Assembly: GCA_965112635.1 (NCBI GenBank)
Contig: OZ218778.1
Location: 2,144,001 to 2,208,000 of the forward strand
Source: an uncultured bacterium
GTDB taxonomy: Bacteria; Oederibacteriota; Oederibacteriia; Oederibacteriales; Oederibacteriaceae
Direction of reading: 5' to 3'
Length of the DNA stretch: 64,000 nt
This document shows, in pieces, positions 9,351 through 17,850 of the stretch. The notes beneath the pieces were generated by a model. That model saw only the letters and a program-made list of their open reading frames with translations, did not search any database and was not told the origin of the DNA. Each line of letters starts with the position of its first letter. The stretch's first letter is position 1. Made by a program: the position numbers and the translations under genes.

Positions 9351-10335
9351 ATGGCTGGTCATGACCTTGAATTTGAGAAGCCAATTGTAGAGATTGAGAA
9401 AAAGATTGAGGAACTGAAAAGTAACGACTCAAAACACAAAAAAGAAGACGTTGCGAAGCAATTGCAGGGATTGGAAAGCGAAGCTGTAAGGCTCAAAAAA
9501 ACGATTTATCAGAACCTTACCCCGTGGCAAAAGGTCCAAATAGCAAGACATTCCCAAAGACCTTACTCTCTCGATTATATTAAGTTGCTTTTTTCAGATT
9601 TCATCGACCTGCATGGAGATCGCCATTTTTCCGATGACCCTTCTATTGTCGGTGGCCTGGCCAAGTTTGAGGGAGCTCCCTTAATGGTCATTGGGCAACA
9701 AAAGGGCAGGGATACCAAGGAGAATCTGTATAGAAATTTTGGAATGCCCCACCCGGAAGGGTACCGTAAGGCGTTGCGTCTGATGAAATTGGCAGAAAAA
9801 TATTCGATTCCTATCGTAACCTTTATAGACACTCCGGGGGCCTTTCCTGGTGTGGGGGCAGAGGAGAGGGGGCAGTCTGAGGCCATTGCTGTTAATTTGA
9901 GGGAGATGTCAGTGCTAAGGGTCCCTATTGTTGTGGTCATCATTGGAGAAGGGGGCAGCGGCGGGGCCTTCAGCCATGGCTATGGGCGATAGGATCTTAA
10001 TGTTGGAGCATTCTATCTATGCGGTGATTTCGCCTGAATCTTGCGGAGCCATACTTTGGAAGGACCGTCTTCAGGCACCTAAGGCAGCAGGTTATCTAAA
10101 ATTGACCGCTGATGATCTATTGAAAATGAAAATAATCGATGAAATTATCTTGGAGCCTTTGGGGGGGGCGCATCGAAATCCAGAAGAAACAATTAAGGTC
10201 GTGGGGGTGTCCATCAAGAAGAATTTGGGCGAACTAACAAGTGGTTCAGTTGAGAATCTAGTCGCAGAAAGGTATCGTAAGTTCAGAACCGTGGGCAGTT
10301 TTATTAAGGAAGTATCTGCGTCTGAACAAAAATAA
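9351..10335 (+). pseudogene. accA: Acetyl-CoA carboxylase carboxyltransferase alpha, split by a one-base insertion (probably a sequencing error)
   Basis: [40 protein letters not shown] in 9351-9992 continue as [18 protein letters not shown] in the next frame; removing C9971 restores GGALAMAMGDR. Confidence 0.9.
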
Positions 10336-10357
10336 TTTACTTTTGGGAGAAGTAGAA

Positions 10358-11665
10358 ATGAATACGATAGAACAAAATAAAATTGGTCTTTTTGCTAAGG
10401 TTGGCCTTTTATTCTTACTTGTTCTGACATTGGTTTTTCCTCCTCTTACATATTCTCAGCCTGCGCCTCTGATCATTCATTTGGTAGTTACGGGCCATAT
10501 TGATCCGCTTCAAGCGGATTACCTCAAGCGCGGACTGAAGTTGGCCGATAGTGAACAGGCAGAATGCGTTATCCTTCAATTAAATACTCCCGGAGGGCTC
10601 GATGAATCCATGCGCGAAATGGTTCAGGAAATCATCGCCTCTCCTGTTCCTGTGGTCATCTATATAGGTCCCAGCGGTGCCCGAGCCGCCTCGGCAGGCG
10701 TTTTCATCACTTTGGCTGCCCCATTCAAGACTATGGCTCCCGAAACCAATCTAGGCGCCGCTCATCCAGTGGATCTTTCCGGGAACAAAGCTTCCGATAA
10801 GATAACTAATGACGCTGCAGCCTTAATCAGAAGTTTGGCCCAAAAAAATAATAAGAATCAAAAAATATTAGAGGAAATGGTACGTCAAAGCATATCCTTA
10901 ACTTCTCAAGAGGCTTTTAAATCCGGTATTATTGACATGATTGTTTCAGATTTTCCTTCCTTGTTAATTAATCTTGATGGTAAAAAAATAAAGCTGACAA
11001 CCGGCAAATCCATTATCTTGCACACCAGAGGAGCGCAGGTAAGAGAATTTTCCATGAGTTGGAAGGAAAATTTATTACATAATCTGGCCAATCCCAATAT
11101 TGCCTACATTTTTATGCTTATCGGTGTTTACGGTCTTATCTACGAATTAGCCAGCCCAGGAGCTATTGTGCCTGGAGTAGTTGGCTCAATATGTCTTATT
11201 TTGGCATTTATGTCTTTTTCTAACCTGCCCTTAAATCTTGCCGGTTTTTTACTGGTTATTTTAGCTCTTGTTCTTTTTATCGTTGATATTAAAGCCTCAA
11301 CTCATGGAGTTCTTACTGCGGGAGGAATGGTCGCTCTATTTTTGGGATCTTCTATTTTATTTAATCCGGCTATGCCTGAATACAGGCTTTCTTTAGTGGT
11401 TATTTATTCCGTGGTTGTAGTCACGACCTTATTCTTTTTATTTGCTGTCCGATCAGTTTACAAGGCACAAAAGGGTAAGGTAAGGATCGGTTCAGAGATA
11501 TTGATTGGCGCGCAGGGTGTTGCTGTTACCGATATCATGCCGCACGGTATTGTGCGAATAGCCGGTGAAAACTGGAATGCCTATTCGGAAATTACGATTA
11601 CCAAAGACTCAAAAATATCTGTTGAGGGCAGAGATGGTTTTATGCTTAAAGTAAAAAAAAATTAA
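10358..11665 (+). CDS. nfeD: NfeD membrane-bound serine protease (long form)
   Basis: LNTPGGL, ARAASAG, GAAHPV protease domain, TM bundle, C-terminal OB fold (GENWNA); start placed at ATG 10358. Confidence 0.92.
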   Translation: MNTIEQNKIGLFAKVGLLFLLVLTLVFPPLTYSQPAPLIIHLVVTGHIDPLQADYLKRGLKLADSEQAECVILQLNTPGGLDESMREMVQEIIASPVPVVIYIGPSGARAASAGVFITLAAPFKTMAPETNLGAAHPVDLSGNKASDKITNDAAALIRSLAQKNNKNQKILEEMVRQSISLTSQEAFKSGIIDMIVSDFPSLLINLDGKKIKLTTGKSIILHTRGAQVREFSMSWKENLLHNLANPNIAYIFMLIGVYGLIYELASPGAIVPGVVGSICLILAFMSFSNLPLNLAGFLLVILALVLFIVDIKASTHGVLTAGGMVALFLGSSILFNPAMPEYRLSLVVIYSVVVVTTLFFLFAVRSVYKAQKGKVRIGSEILIGAQGVAVTDIMPHGIVRIAGENWNAYSEITITKDSKISVEGRDGFMLKVKKN

Positions 11666-11678
11666 AAGGAGGTAGGCT

Positions 11679-12533
11679 ATGGTTGTTGTGATAGGAATAC
11701 TTTTGCTTGCTTTTATTATCGTGCTCTTTAGCGCGATACGGATCGTCAGAGAGTATGAGAGATTGGTCATTTTTAGGGTGGGGAAATGCATCGGGCAGAA
11801 AGGTCCCGGAATAGTCCTGCTCTGGCCATTCATTGATCAGCCGGTCAGGGTTGACCAACGGGAATTCTTCATCGAAATACCACAGCAAACTTGTATCACC
11901 AAGGATAATGCGCCCATCAATATCGATTTTCTGATTTATTTTAAGGTCATTGATCCCATCCCTTCCGTGGTCCAGGTCATTAATTTTGTTGGTGCCGCAC
12001 AGGGGTTGGCTACTACTACCCTCAGGGCGGTGGTCGGTGACATAGCTTTGGATGATGTGCTGGCCAAAAGAGACCAGATAAACCAGATTATGCGAGTTAA
12101 ATTAGATGAAGCCACAGAGAGGTGGGGAGTCAAGGTCAATACGGTAGAAATCCGGGAAATCATACCACCCAAGGACGTTCAGGATGCCATGACCAGGCAA
12201 ATGTCTGCAGAGCGGTCCAGACGTGCTGTAGTGACCGAATCGGATGGTACAAAGCAAGCATCCATAACCGTTGCTGAAGGGAAAAAGCAGGCTGCAATCC
12301 TAAATGCGGAAGGGGACAGGCAAGCAGCTATTTTGAGAGCGGAAGGTTATGCCCTAGCGTTATCGCAGATATATGATTCTGCTAAAAAAATCGATTCTAA
12401 GACTATGAGTTTGCAATATTTGGATACCCTTAAAACCGTTGGGCAGGGTGCTTCAACAAAGTTTATCATTCCCATGGAGTTCACAAATCTTCTCAAGCCA
12501 TTCATTAATTACAACCAGGATCAAGTTAAATAA
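11679..12533 (+). CDS. SPFH/stomatin-like (QmcA-type) protein
   Basis: VREYERLVIFRVGK, ITKDNAPI, TTLRAVVG, WGVKVNTVEI, QMSAER; canonical partner of nfeD. Confidence 0.93.
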   Translation: MVVVIGILLLAFIIVLFSAIRIVREYERLVIFRVGKCIGQKGPGIVLLWPFIDQPVRVDQREFFIEIPQQTCITKDNAPINIDFLIYFKVIDPIPSVVQVINFVGAAQGLATTTLRAVVGDIALDDVLAKRDQINQIMRVKLDEATERWGVKVNTVEIREIIPPKDVQDAMTRQMSAERSRRAVVTESDGTKQASITVAEGKKQAAILNAEGDRQAAILRAEGYALALSQIYDSAKKIDSKTMSLQYLDTLKTVGQGASTKFIIPMEFTNLLKPFINYNQDQVK

Positions 12534-12552
12534 CTAATTCTCTGGAGGGGTT

Positions 12553-13593
12553 ATGATTAAAAGAATAGGAATCTTAACTGGCGGAGGTGATTGTCCGGGT
12601 TTGAATCCAGCTATCAGGGGTGTGGCTATGAAGGCTTTTGACTATAGCTGGGAAGTGCTAGGTATCCAAGAAGGCTGGCGGGGTATGGTGGAAGGGGTTG
12701 CCGTCCCTCTGTCCTTAAGAGATGTAGAAGATATTATTGTGAAGGGTGGAACTATTTTGGGGTCATCCCGTACTAACCCATATAAGGATCCGGCTATGGT
12801 TAAAAAATGCCATGCAAATTTTAAGAGTTTGGGACTTGATGCTCTGGTTGCTTTGGGAGGAGAAGATACCCTGGGTGTGGCCAACAAATTGTTTAAAGAT
12901 GGTTTTAATGTTGTTGGTGTGCCAAAAACCATGGATAACGACCTAAATGGGACAGATTATACTTTTGGCTTTGATACAGCAGTATCATTGGCAGCCAACG
13001 CGGCTATGTGCCTGAAAGATACGGCTGAATCCCATCGGCGTGTCATGGTTTTTGAAGTCATGGGGAGGCATGCTGGTTGGGTCGCCCTTTATACCGCAAT
13101 CACTTGTGGGGCAGATTGGGTCACAATACCAGAAATTCCTGTTAATCTTGAGGAAATGTGTGAGCACCTCAAGAAAGTAAGGGCTAGGGGTAAAAAATAT
13201 TCAATTGTTGTGATCTCTGAAGGTTCGGATATCAAAGGGCTTTCAGAAGTCAGTTCCCAGGAACAAAAGCTTGATGCATTTGGTCATATGATTTTAAAGG
13301 AAAGAAATCTTTCGGAAACTCTAGCAAAAGAAATTGAGAAACGGACAGGTTTTGAGACGAGAACCGCAGTTATAGGACATATGCAACGGGGTGGTACGCC
13401 TACCACTTTTGATCGAATTTTAGGAACAAAAGTCGGAGTTAAAGCTGCGGAGATGGTTAAGGAAGGCAAGTTTGGATATATGGCCGCCATGCGGGGATCA
13501 AGCATTATAGCTGTGCCTCTTGAAGAGGCCCTCAAGAGTTTAAAAACTGTTCCTCTCGAAGAGTATGAGTTGGCGAAAGTTTTTTTTAAATAA
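12553..13593 (+). CDS. pfkA: 6-phosphofructokinase, probably PPi-dependent
   Basis: TGGGDCPGLN, GGTILGSSR, GGEDT, PKTMDND, EVMGRHAGW, GHMQRGG. Confidence 0.93.
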   Translation: MIKRIGILTGGGDCPGLNPAIRGVAMKAFDYSWEVLGIQEGWRGMVEGVAVPLSLRDVEDIIVKGGTILGSSRTNPYKDPAMVKKCHANFKSLGLDALVALGGEDTLGVANKLFKDGFNVVGVPKTMDNDLNGTDYTFGFDTAVSLAANAAMCLKDTAESHRRVMVFEVMGRHAGWVALYTAITCGADWVTIPEIPVNLEEMCEHLKKVRARGKKYSIVVISEGSDIKGLSEVSSQEQKLDAFGHMILKERNLSETLAKEIEKRTGFETRTAVIGHMQRGGTPTTFDRILGTKVGVKAAEMVKEGKFGYMAAMRGSSIIAVPLEEALKSLKTVPLEEYELAKVFFK

Positions 13594-13627
13594 TTTTTTT
13601 AAAACAAGTAAAAAATAGCAAATAAAA

Positions 13628-13656
13628 TTGATTGGCCTCGTTTTTTGTGCTATATT
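13628..13656 (+). promoter_or_regulatory. Sigma70-type promoter for the polyamine genes
   Basis: TTGATT (13628-33), 17 bp spacer, TG-c-TATATT (13648-56). Confidence 0.55.
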
Positions 13657-13704
13657 CCGAATCATATAGAGGAAATATTAATAAAAAGAGGAGGACGAAA
13701 TAGA

Positions 13705-14100
13705 TTGAGGGCTCTTGGGAGACATATCCTGATTGAGCTTTATGATTGCGATAAAAATGTTTTGAATAATTTTAAACTTGTTGAAGATGCTATGATTGGG
13801 GGGGCAAAAGAGTGCCGAGCCCATATTGTACAGAGTGTTTTTCACAAGTTTAATCCTCATGGTGTAAGCGGTGTAGTCGTCATTGCTGAGTCGCATTTGG
13901 CAGTTCATACGTGGCCGGAATATGGTTATGCGGCTGTGGATTTATTTACTTGCGGAGATGATATTAACCCTTGGATAGCATATGAGTATATAGCCACCAA
14001 GTTTAGAGCAAAAAATAAGACTGCGATGGAACTTAATAGGGGCAGCTTAGATATCCCAGAAAAAGAATTGAAACACAAACCCATGAAAGTGGCTGCATAA
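13705..14100 (+). CDS. speD: S-adenosylmethionine decarboxylase proenzyme (class 1B)
   Basis: GRHILIELY, GVSGVVVIAESH self-cleavage site, HTWPE, DLFTCG; TTG start after GAGGAGG. Confidence 0.93.
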   Translation: MRALGRHILIELYDCDKNVLNNFKLVEDAMIGGAKECRAHIVQSVFHKFNPHGVSGVVVIAESHLAVHTWPEYGYAAVDLFTCGDDINPWIAYEYIATKFRAKNKTAMELNRGSLDIPEKELKHKPMKVAA

Positions 14101-14123
14101 TTATTGTTTTGCAGCTAAGGAGC

Positions 14124-14177
14124 AGGGTATAGTTAAGGAGCAGTTGTTTGCTTTTTAAACTATGCCCTTTTTTCTTT
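14124..14177 (+). terminator. Intrinsic terminator-like hairpin between speD and speE
   Basis: AGGGTATAGTT-AAGGAGCA pairs with TGCTTTTTAAACTATGCCCT, followed by a T-tract. Confidence 0.55.
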
Positions 14178-14190
14178 AAAGGACAGAAAT

Positions 14191-15108
14191 ATGGATGTTA
14201 AAAATGGCCGTTGGTTCATAGAGTATTTTAATGAACACGAAGCGCATATGCGTGGTATTAAAAAATACCTCGTTTCAGGAAAAACAAAATATCAGACTTT
14301 TGACATTGCAGAAGAATATGTCGTGGGTAAATGCCTTATTTTGGATGGTAAAATTCAGTCTTCCCTAAAAGATGAATATATCTATCACGAAAGTCTTGTG
14401 CATCCCGCCATGATCTCCCATCCTGCCCCAAAAAAAGTAATAATCATAGGTGGAGGAGAGGGCGCTACTTTACGAGAAGTTCTCAAGCATAAAAGTGTTG
14501 AAAAAGTGTTTATGATTGATATTGATAGGGAAGTCGTTGAATATTGTAATCAGTATCTTCCAGAATGGCATAAAGGGGCTTTCAAAAATAAAAAAGCAAA
14601 GGTCATTTGCGCAGATGGTAGGAAGTTTCTTGAAAAGTCTCGTGATAAATATGATGTGATTATTATTGATATTTCTGAGCCTGTCAACGAAGGTCCTGCA
14701 TATCTATTATTTACAGAAGAGTTTTATAAAACCGTGGCTAACAGATTGTCAGATAATGGTCTTATTTCTTTGCAAGCCGGATCTACAAGCTGCTTGGAGA
14801 TAGAATGTTACTTATCCGTTCATGCTACCCTGAGGAGAGTTTTTAAATTTGTTTCTATGTATCAAGCATTTGTCCCGAGTTTTTGCACGCCATGGGGTTT
14901 TGCGGTTGCTTCCTCAAGAGTTGATGCAAAGCAATTATCGGGGCAAGAGGTTGATTTGAGATTAAAGGCTAGAGGTATTTCTGATTTACGTTATTATGAT
15001 GGTATTACTCATCATGGAATATTTATGCTTTCAAAAGATTTACGGACCACTTTGAGAAAAAAGGCCAGAGTTATTAGGGACCAAAGCCCTATTTATACAT
15101 TAATTTAG
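14191..15108 (+). CDS. speE: Polyamine aminopropyltransferase
   Basis: LILDGKIQS, DEYIYHESLVHP, IIGGGEGATLREVLKH, YDVIIID. Confidence 0.93.
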   Translation: MDVKNGRWFIEYFNEHEAHMRGIKKYLVSGKTKYQTFDIAEEYVVGKCLILDGKIQSSLKDEYIYHESLVHPAMISHPAPKKVIIIGGGEGATLREVLKHKSVEKVFMIDIDREVVEYCNQYLPEWHKGAFKNKKAKVICADGRKFLEKSRDKYDVIIIDISEPVNEGPAYLLFTEEFYKTVANRLSDNGLISLQAGSTSCLEIECYLSVHATLRRVFKFVSMYQAFVPSFCTPWGFAVASSRVDAKQLSGQEVDLRLKARGISDLRYYDGITHHGIFMLSKDLRTTLRKKARVIRDQSPIYTLI

Positions 15109-16646
15109 TGGAGAACAAATTGGAGAGGTTGTTGTCACAGGAACATGCGCCATTGTTTGAAGCTGTTTTAAATTATGCCAAAGAAAAGAAGATATCTTTT
15201 CATACCCCGGGTCACAAGCACGGTAATAGCATCCCGCCAGTATTCAAGAATTTTGTTGGGGAAAAAATATTCGATATGGACCTCACTTTACTGGAAGAGG
15301 TCGATTCCCTTCATGATCCCCGAACTGTGATAAAACAAGCCCAGCAATTAGCCGCCCAAGCATACGGCGCTGACGCCTCGTTTTTTCTAGTTAATGGAAC
15401 TAGCGGTGGAAACCACGCCATGATTTTGAGTAGTTGTATTTTTGGGGACAAAATTATTATTCCGAGGAATGCCCATAAGTCTGTCCTGGCGGGAATTATT
15501 TTGAGTGGGGCAGAGCCTCTCTATGTCCGTCCGGAAATTAATGACGATTTTAATCTTATCTGCAATGTAACGCCAAACCAGATTTTGAAAATTATTTTGG
15601 AAAACCCTGATGTAAAGGCGGTGGCTGTAACTAATCCAACCTATAACGGAATTGCTACTAATATTGGTGAGATTGCCAAAATATGTGATGAACATAAAAA
15701 GATACTTCTCGTTGATGAGGCCCACGGGCCACATTTGAAATTTCATGACCAGCTACCTTTTTCTGCTATGGAAGCTGGCGCAGATATGTGCGTTGAGAGC
15801 ACGCATAAAATAATTTCTGGTATGACGCAAGCTTCAATGTTGCATGCAAAAGGCAAGCGGGTCAATCTAAGCCGATTGAAAAAAATATTGCAACTTCTTC
15901 AAACCACAAGCCCCTCATATATTTTAATGGCATCTTTAGATCTTGCTAGAATGCAAATGGCTACTGAAGGAGAGAAATTATTAAGTCAAACAATTACTTT
16001 AGCAGAAGAAGCAAGGCAAGAAATTAATAGAATACCCGGTATAAGATGTTTTGGTAGCGAAATGATTGGGTTGCCTGGCATTTTTGATTTGGATCCAACA
16101 AAGTTGACTGTTAAGGTTTCGGAGATAGGATTGACAGGATTAGAAGTCTCAAGAATATTGAACCAGTTTTATGGCATTCAACCAGAATATGCCGATTTAA
16201 CAAATATTATTTTCATTGTGAGTATTGGTAATAAAAAAAGTGAAATCCAGCGTCTCGTCCATAGCTTGCGTGAGGTTTCAAAATATTATAGTAAAGAAGA
16301 AGGCGGAAAAAAGACCTTGCCTTTACGTTGGCCTTCTTTCACCACAGAAGTGGTTATGAGTCCAAGAGAAGCCGTATTTTCTGAAACCAAAAAGATGCCT
16401 TTTAAAGATGCAATTGGAATGGTCAGCGCAGAAATTTATGCGCCATATCCCCCTGGTATCCCAGTGTTAGTCCCAGGCGAGAAAATAACTGCGGAAATTT
16501 TCGATTACTTAAAGCAGGTTCGCTCTACTGGAACAAGAATCAATGGGCAGGAAGATGTTAAATTAAAGACAATAAGGGTAGTTGAAAAGGTAAAAGCCAC
16601 AGAGGAACTAAAAAAAATACTACCTTTAATAGCCTCAGGCACGTAG
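15108..16646 (+). CDS. PLP-dependent arginine/lysine/ornithine decarboxylase (Bacillus SpeA-like)
   Basis: FHTPGHK, FLVNGTS, RNAHKS, VDEAHG, STHK (PLP lysine), TTSPSY, PYPPGIP. Confidence 0.9.
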   Translation: MENKLERLLSQEHAPLFEAVLNYAKEKKISFHTPGHKHGNSIPPVFKNFVGEKIFDMDLTLLEEVDSLHDPRTVIKQAQQLAAQAYGADASFFLVNGTSGGNHAMILSSCIFGDKIIIPRNAHKSVLAGIILSGAEPLYVRPEINDDFNLICNVTPNQILKIILENPDVKAVAVTNPTYNGIATNIGEIAKICDEHKKILLVDEAHGPHLKFHDQLPFSAMEAGADMCVESTHKIISGMTQASMLHAKGKRVNLSRLKKILQLLQTTSPSYILMASLDLARMQMATEGEKLLSQTITLAEEARQEINRIPGIRCFGSEMIGLPGIFDLDPTKLTVKVSEIGLTGLEVSRILNQFYGIQPEYADLTNIIFIVSIGNKKSEIQRLVHSLREVSKYYSKEEGGKKTLPLRWPSFTTEVVMSPREAVFSETKKMPFKDAIGMVSAEIYAPYPPGIPVLVPGEKITAEIFDYLKQVRSTGTRINGQEDVKLKTIRVVEKVKATEELKKILPLIASGT

Positions 16647-16742
16647 GCAAGGGATATTTTTTAGTTAAATGCTGAGTCCTTTTCCCCTGCTCCAAATCCA
16701 CAAAAAGTTAAGCTGTATCGAAAGCATATTTAAGGGAATTCT

Positions 16743-17840
16743 ATGAATACCCAAGAAGCATTATTGGTTTTAAATATGATTCCAGGGTTGGGCCCTGTTA
16801 AAATCCAGCGTTTGACCAAGACTTGCGGTGATGCAGCCAGGGTCTTTTCAACTAGTAGAACTGTTCTTGAAAAAGTGGAAGGAATCAGCGAAAGCATAAT
16901 TGCAGATATTCAGAAAGCTGAGAAAGAAAAAATAGTTGATGAGGAAATCAAGAGGATTCGAGAGGCAGGTGTCTTAGTTTTATTTATCAACGAGCCGAAT
17001 TATCCAGAACTATTAAAAAATATTTATGATCCTCCTTCTGTTATTTATTATAAGGGGGAAGTGGCTGCATTTAGAAAAAAATCGATTGCGGTTGTAGGGA
17101 CACGTTTTGCAAGTATTTATGGCAAAAAATGCACAAAAATGTTATGCGCACAGTTGGTCCGTGAAGGTTTTGCGATCGTAAGCGGATTGGCTAGGGGAAT
17201 CGATGGCGTTGCGCATCAGAGTGCTTTGGAGGCTGGAGGGAGCACTTCGGCAGTTTTAGGTTGTGGACTAAGTTATATTTATCCCCCAGAACACAAAAAT
17301 TTAGCTAATAGGATGATCGAAAAAGGGTGCTTGCTTTCCGAATTTCCTATGACTGCCGGACCATTACCACAAAATTTTCCACGCAGAAATAGAATAATTA
17401 GCGGCCTTACTATTGGCACGATTGTTGTTGAGGCCTCATCAAAAAGTGGGGCACTTATAACAGCCAATTGGGCTTTGGAGCAGGGTAGAGAAGTTTTTGC
17501 TGTTCCAGGATGTATTGGTGTCAAAAATACCGAAGGAACTCACCAGTTGATACAGAATGGCGCAAAATTAGTAAATCAAGTTGGCGATATTCTAGACGAA
17601 TTTGGAATTTCAAAACAACTTAAAGATGGTGGCGACCAAGTCAGAATTTTAGAGCCGTTAGTAGGGGACGAAAATAAGGTGTTGGAGGTGTTGCAACAGT
17701 ATGATCCCTTACATATTGATGAAATATGTCGGCAGACTGGCTTGCTTATAAATCAAATATCAGGTATTTTAATGCTACTTGAAATCAAAGGATATATTAA
17801 ACAAATTGGCGGGAAAAAGTTCATCAGAACCCAATATTAG
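16743..17840 (+). CDS. dprA: DNA-processing protein DprA/Smf
   Basis: AVVGTR, IVSGLARGIDG, FPRRNRIISG, SGALITA, GREVFAVPG; upstream of topA. Confidence 0.96.
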   Translation: MNTQEALLVLNMIPGLGPVKIQRLTKTCGDAARVFSTSRTVLEKVEGISESIIADIQKAEKEKIVDEEIKRIREAGVLVLFINEPNYPELLKNIYDPPSVIYYKGEVAAFRKKSIAVVGTRFASIYGKKCTKMLCAQLVREGFAIVSGLARGIDGVAHQSALEAGGSTSAVLGCGLSYIYPPEHKNLANRMIEKGCLLSEFPMTAGPLPQNFPRRNRIISGLTIGTIVVEASSKSGALITANWALEQGREVFAVPGCIGVKNTEGTHQLIQNGAKLVNQVGDILDEFGISKQLKDGGDQVRILEPLVGDENKVLEVLQQYDPLHIDEICRQTGLLINQISGILMLLEIKGYIKQIGGKKFIRTQY

Positions 17841-17850
17841 AAAGGGTAAA

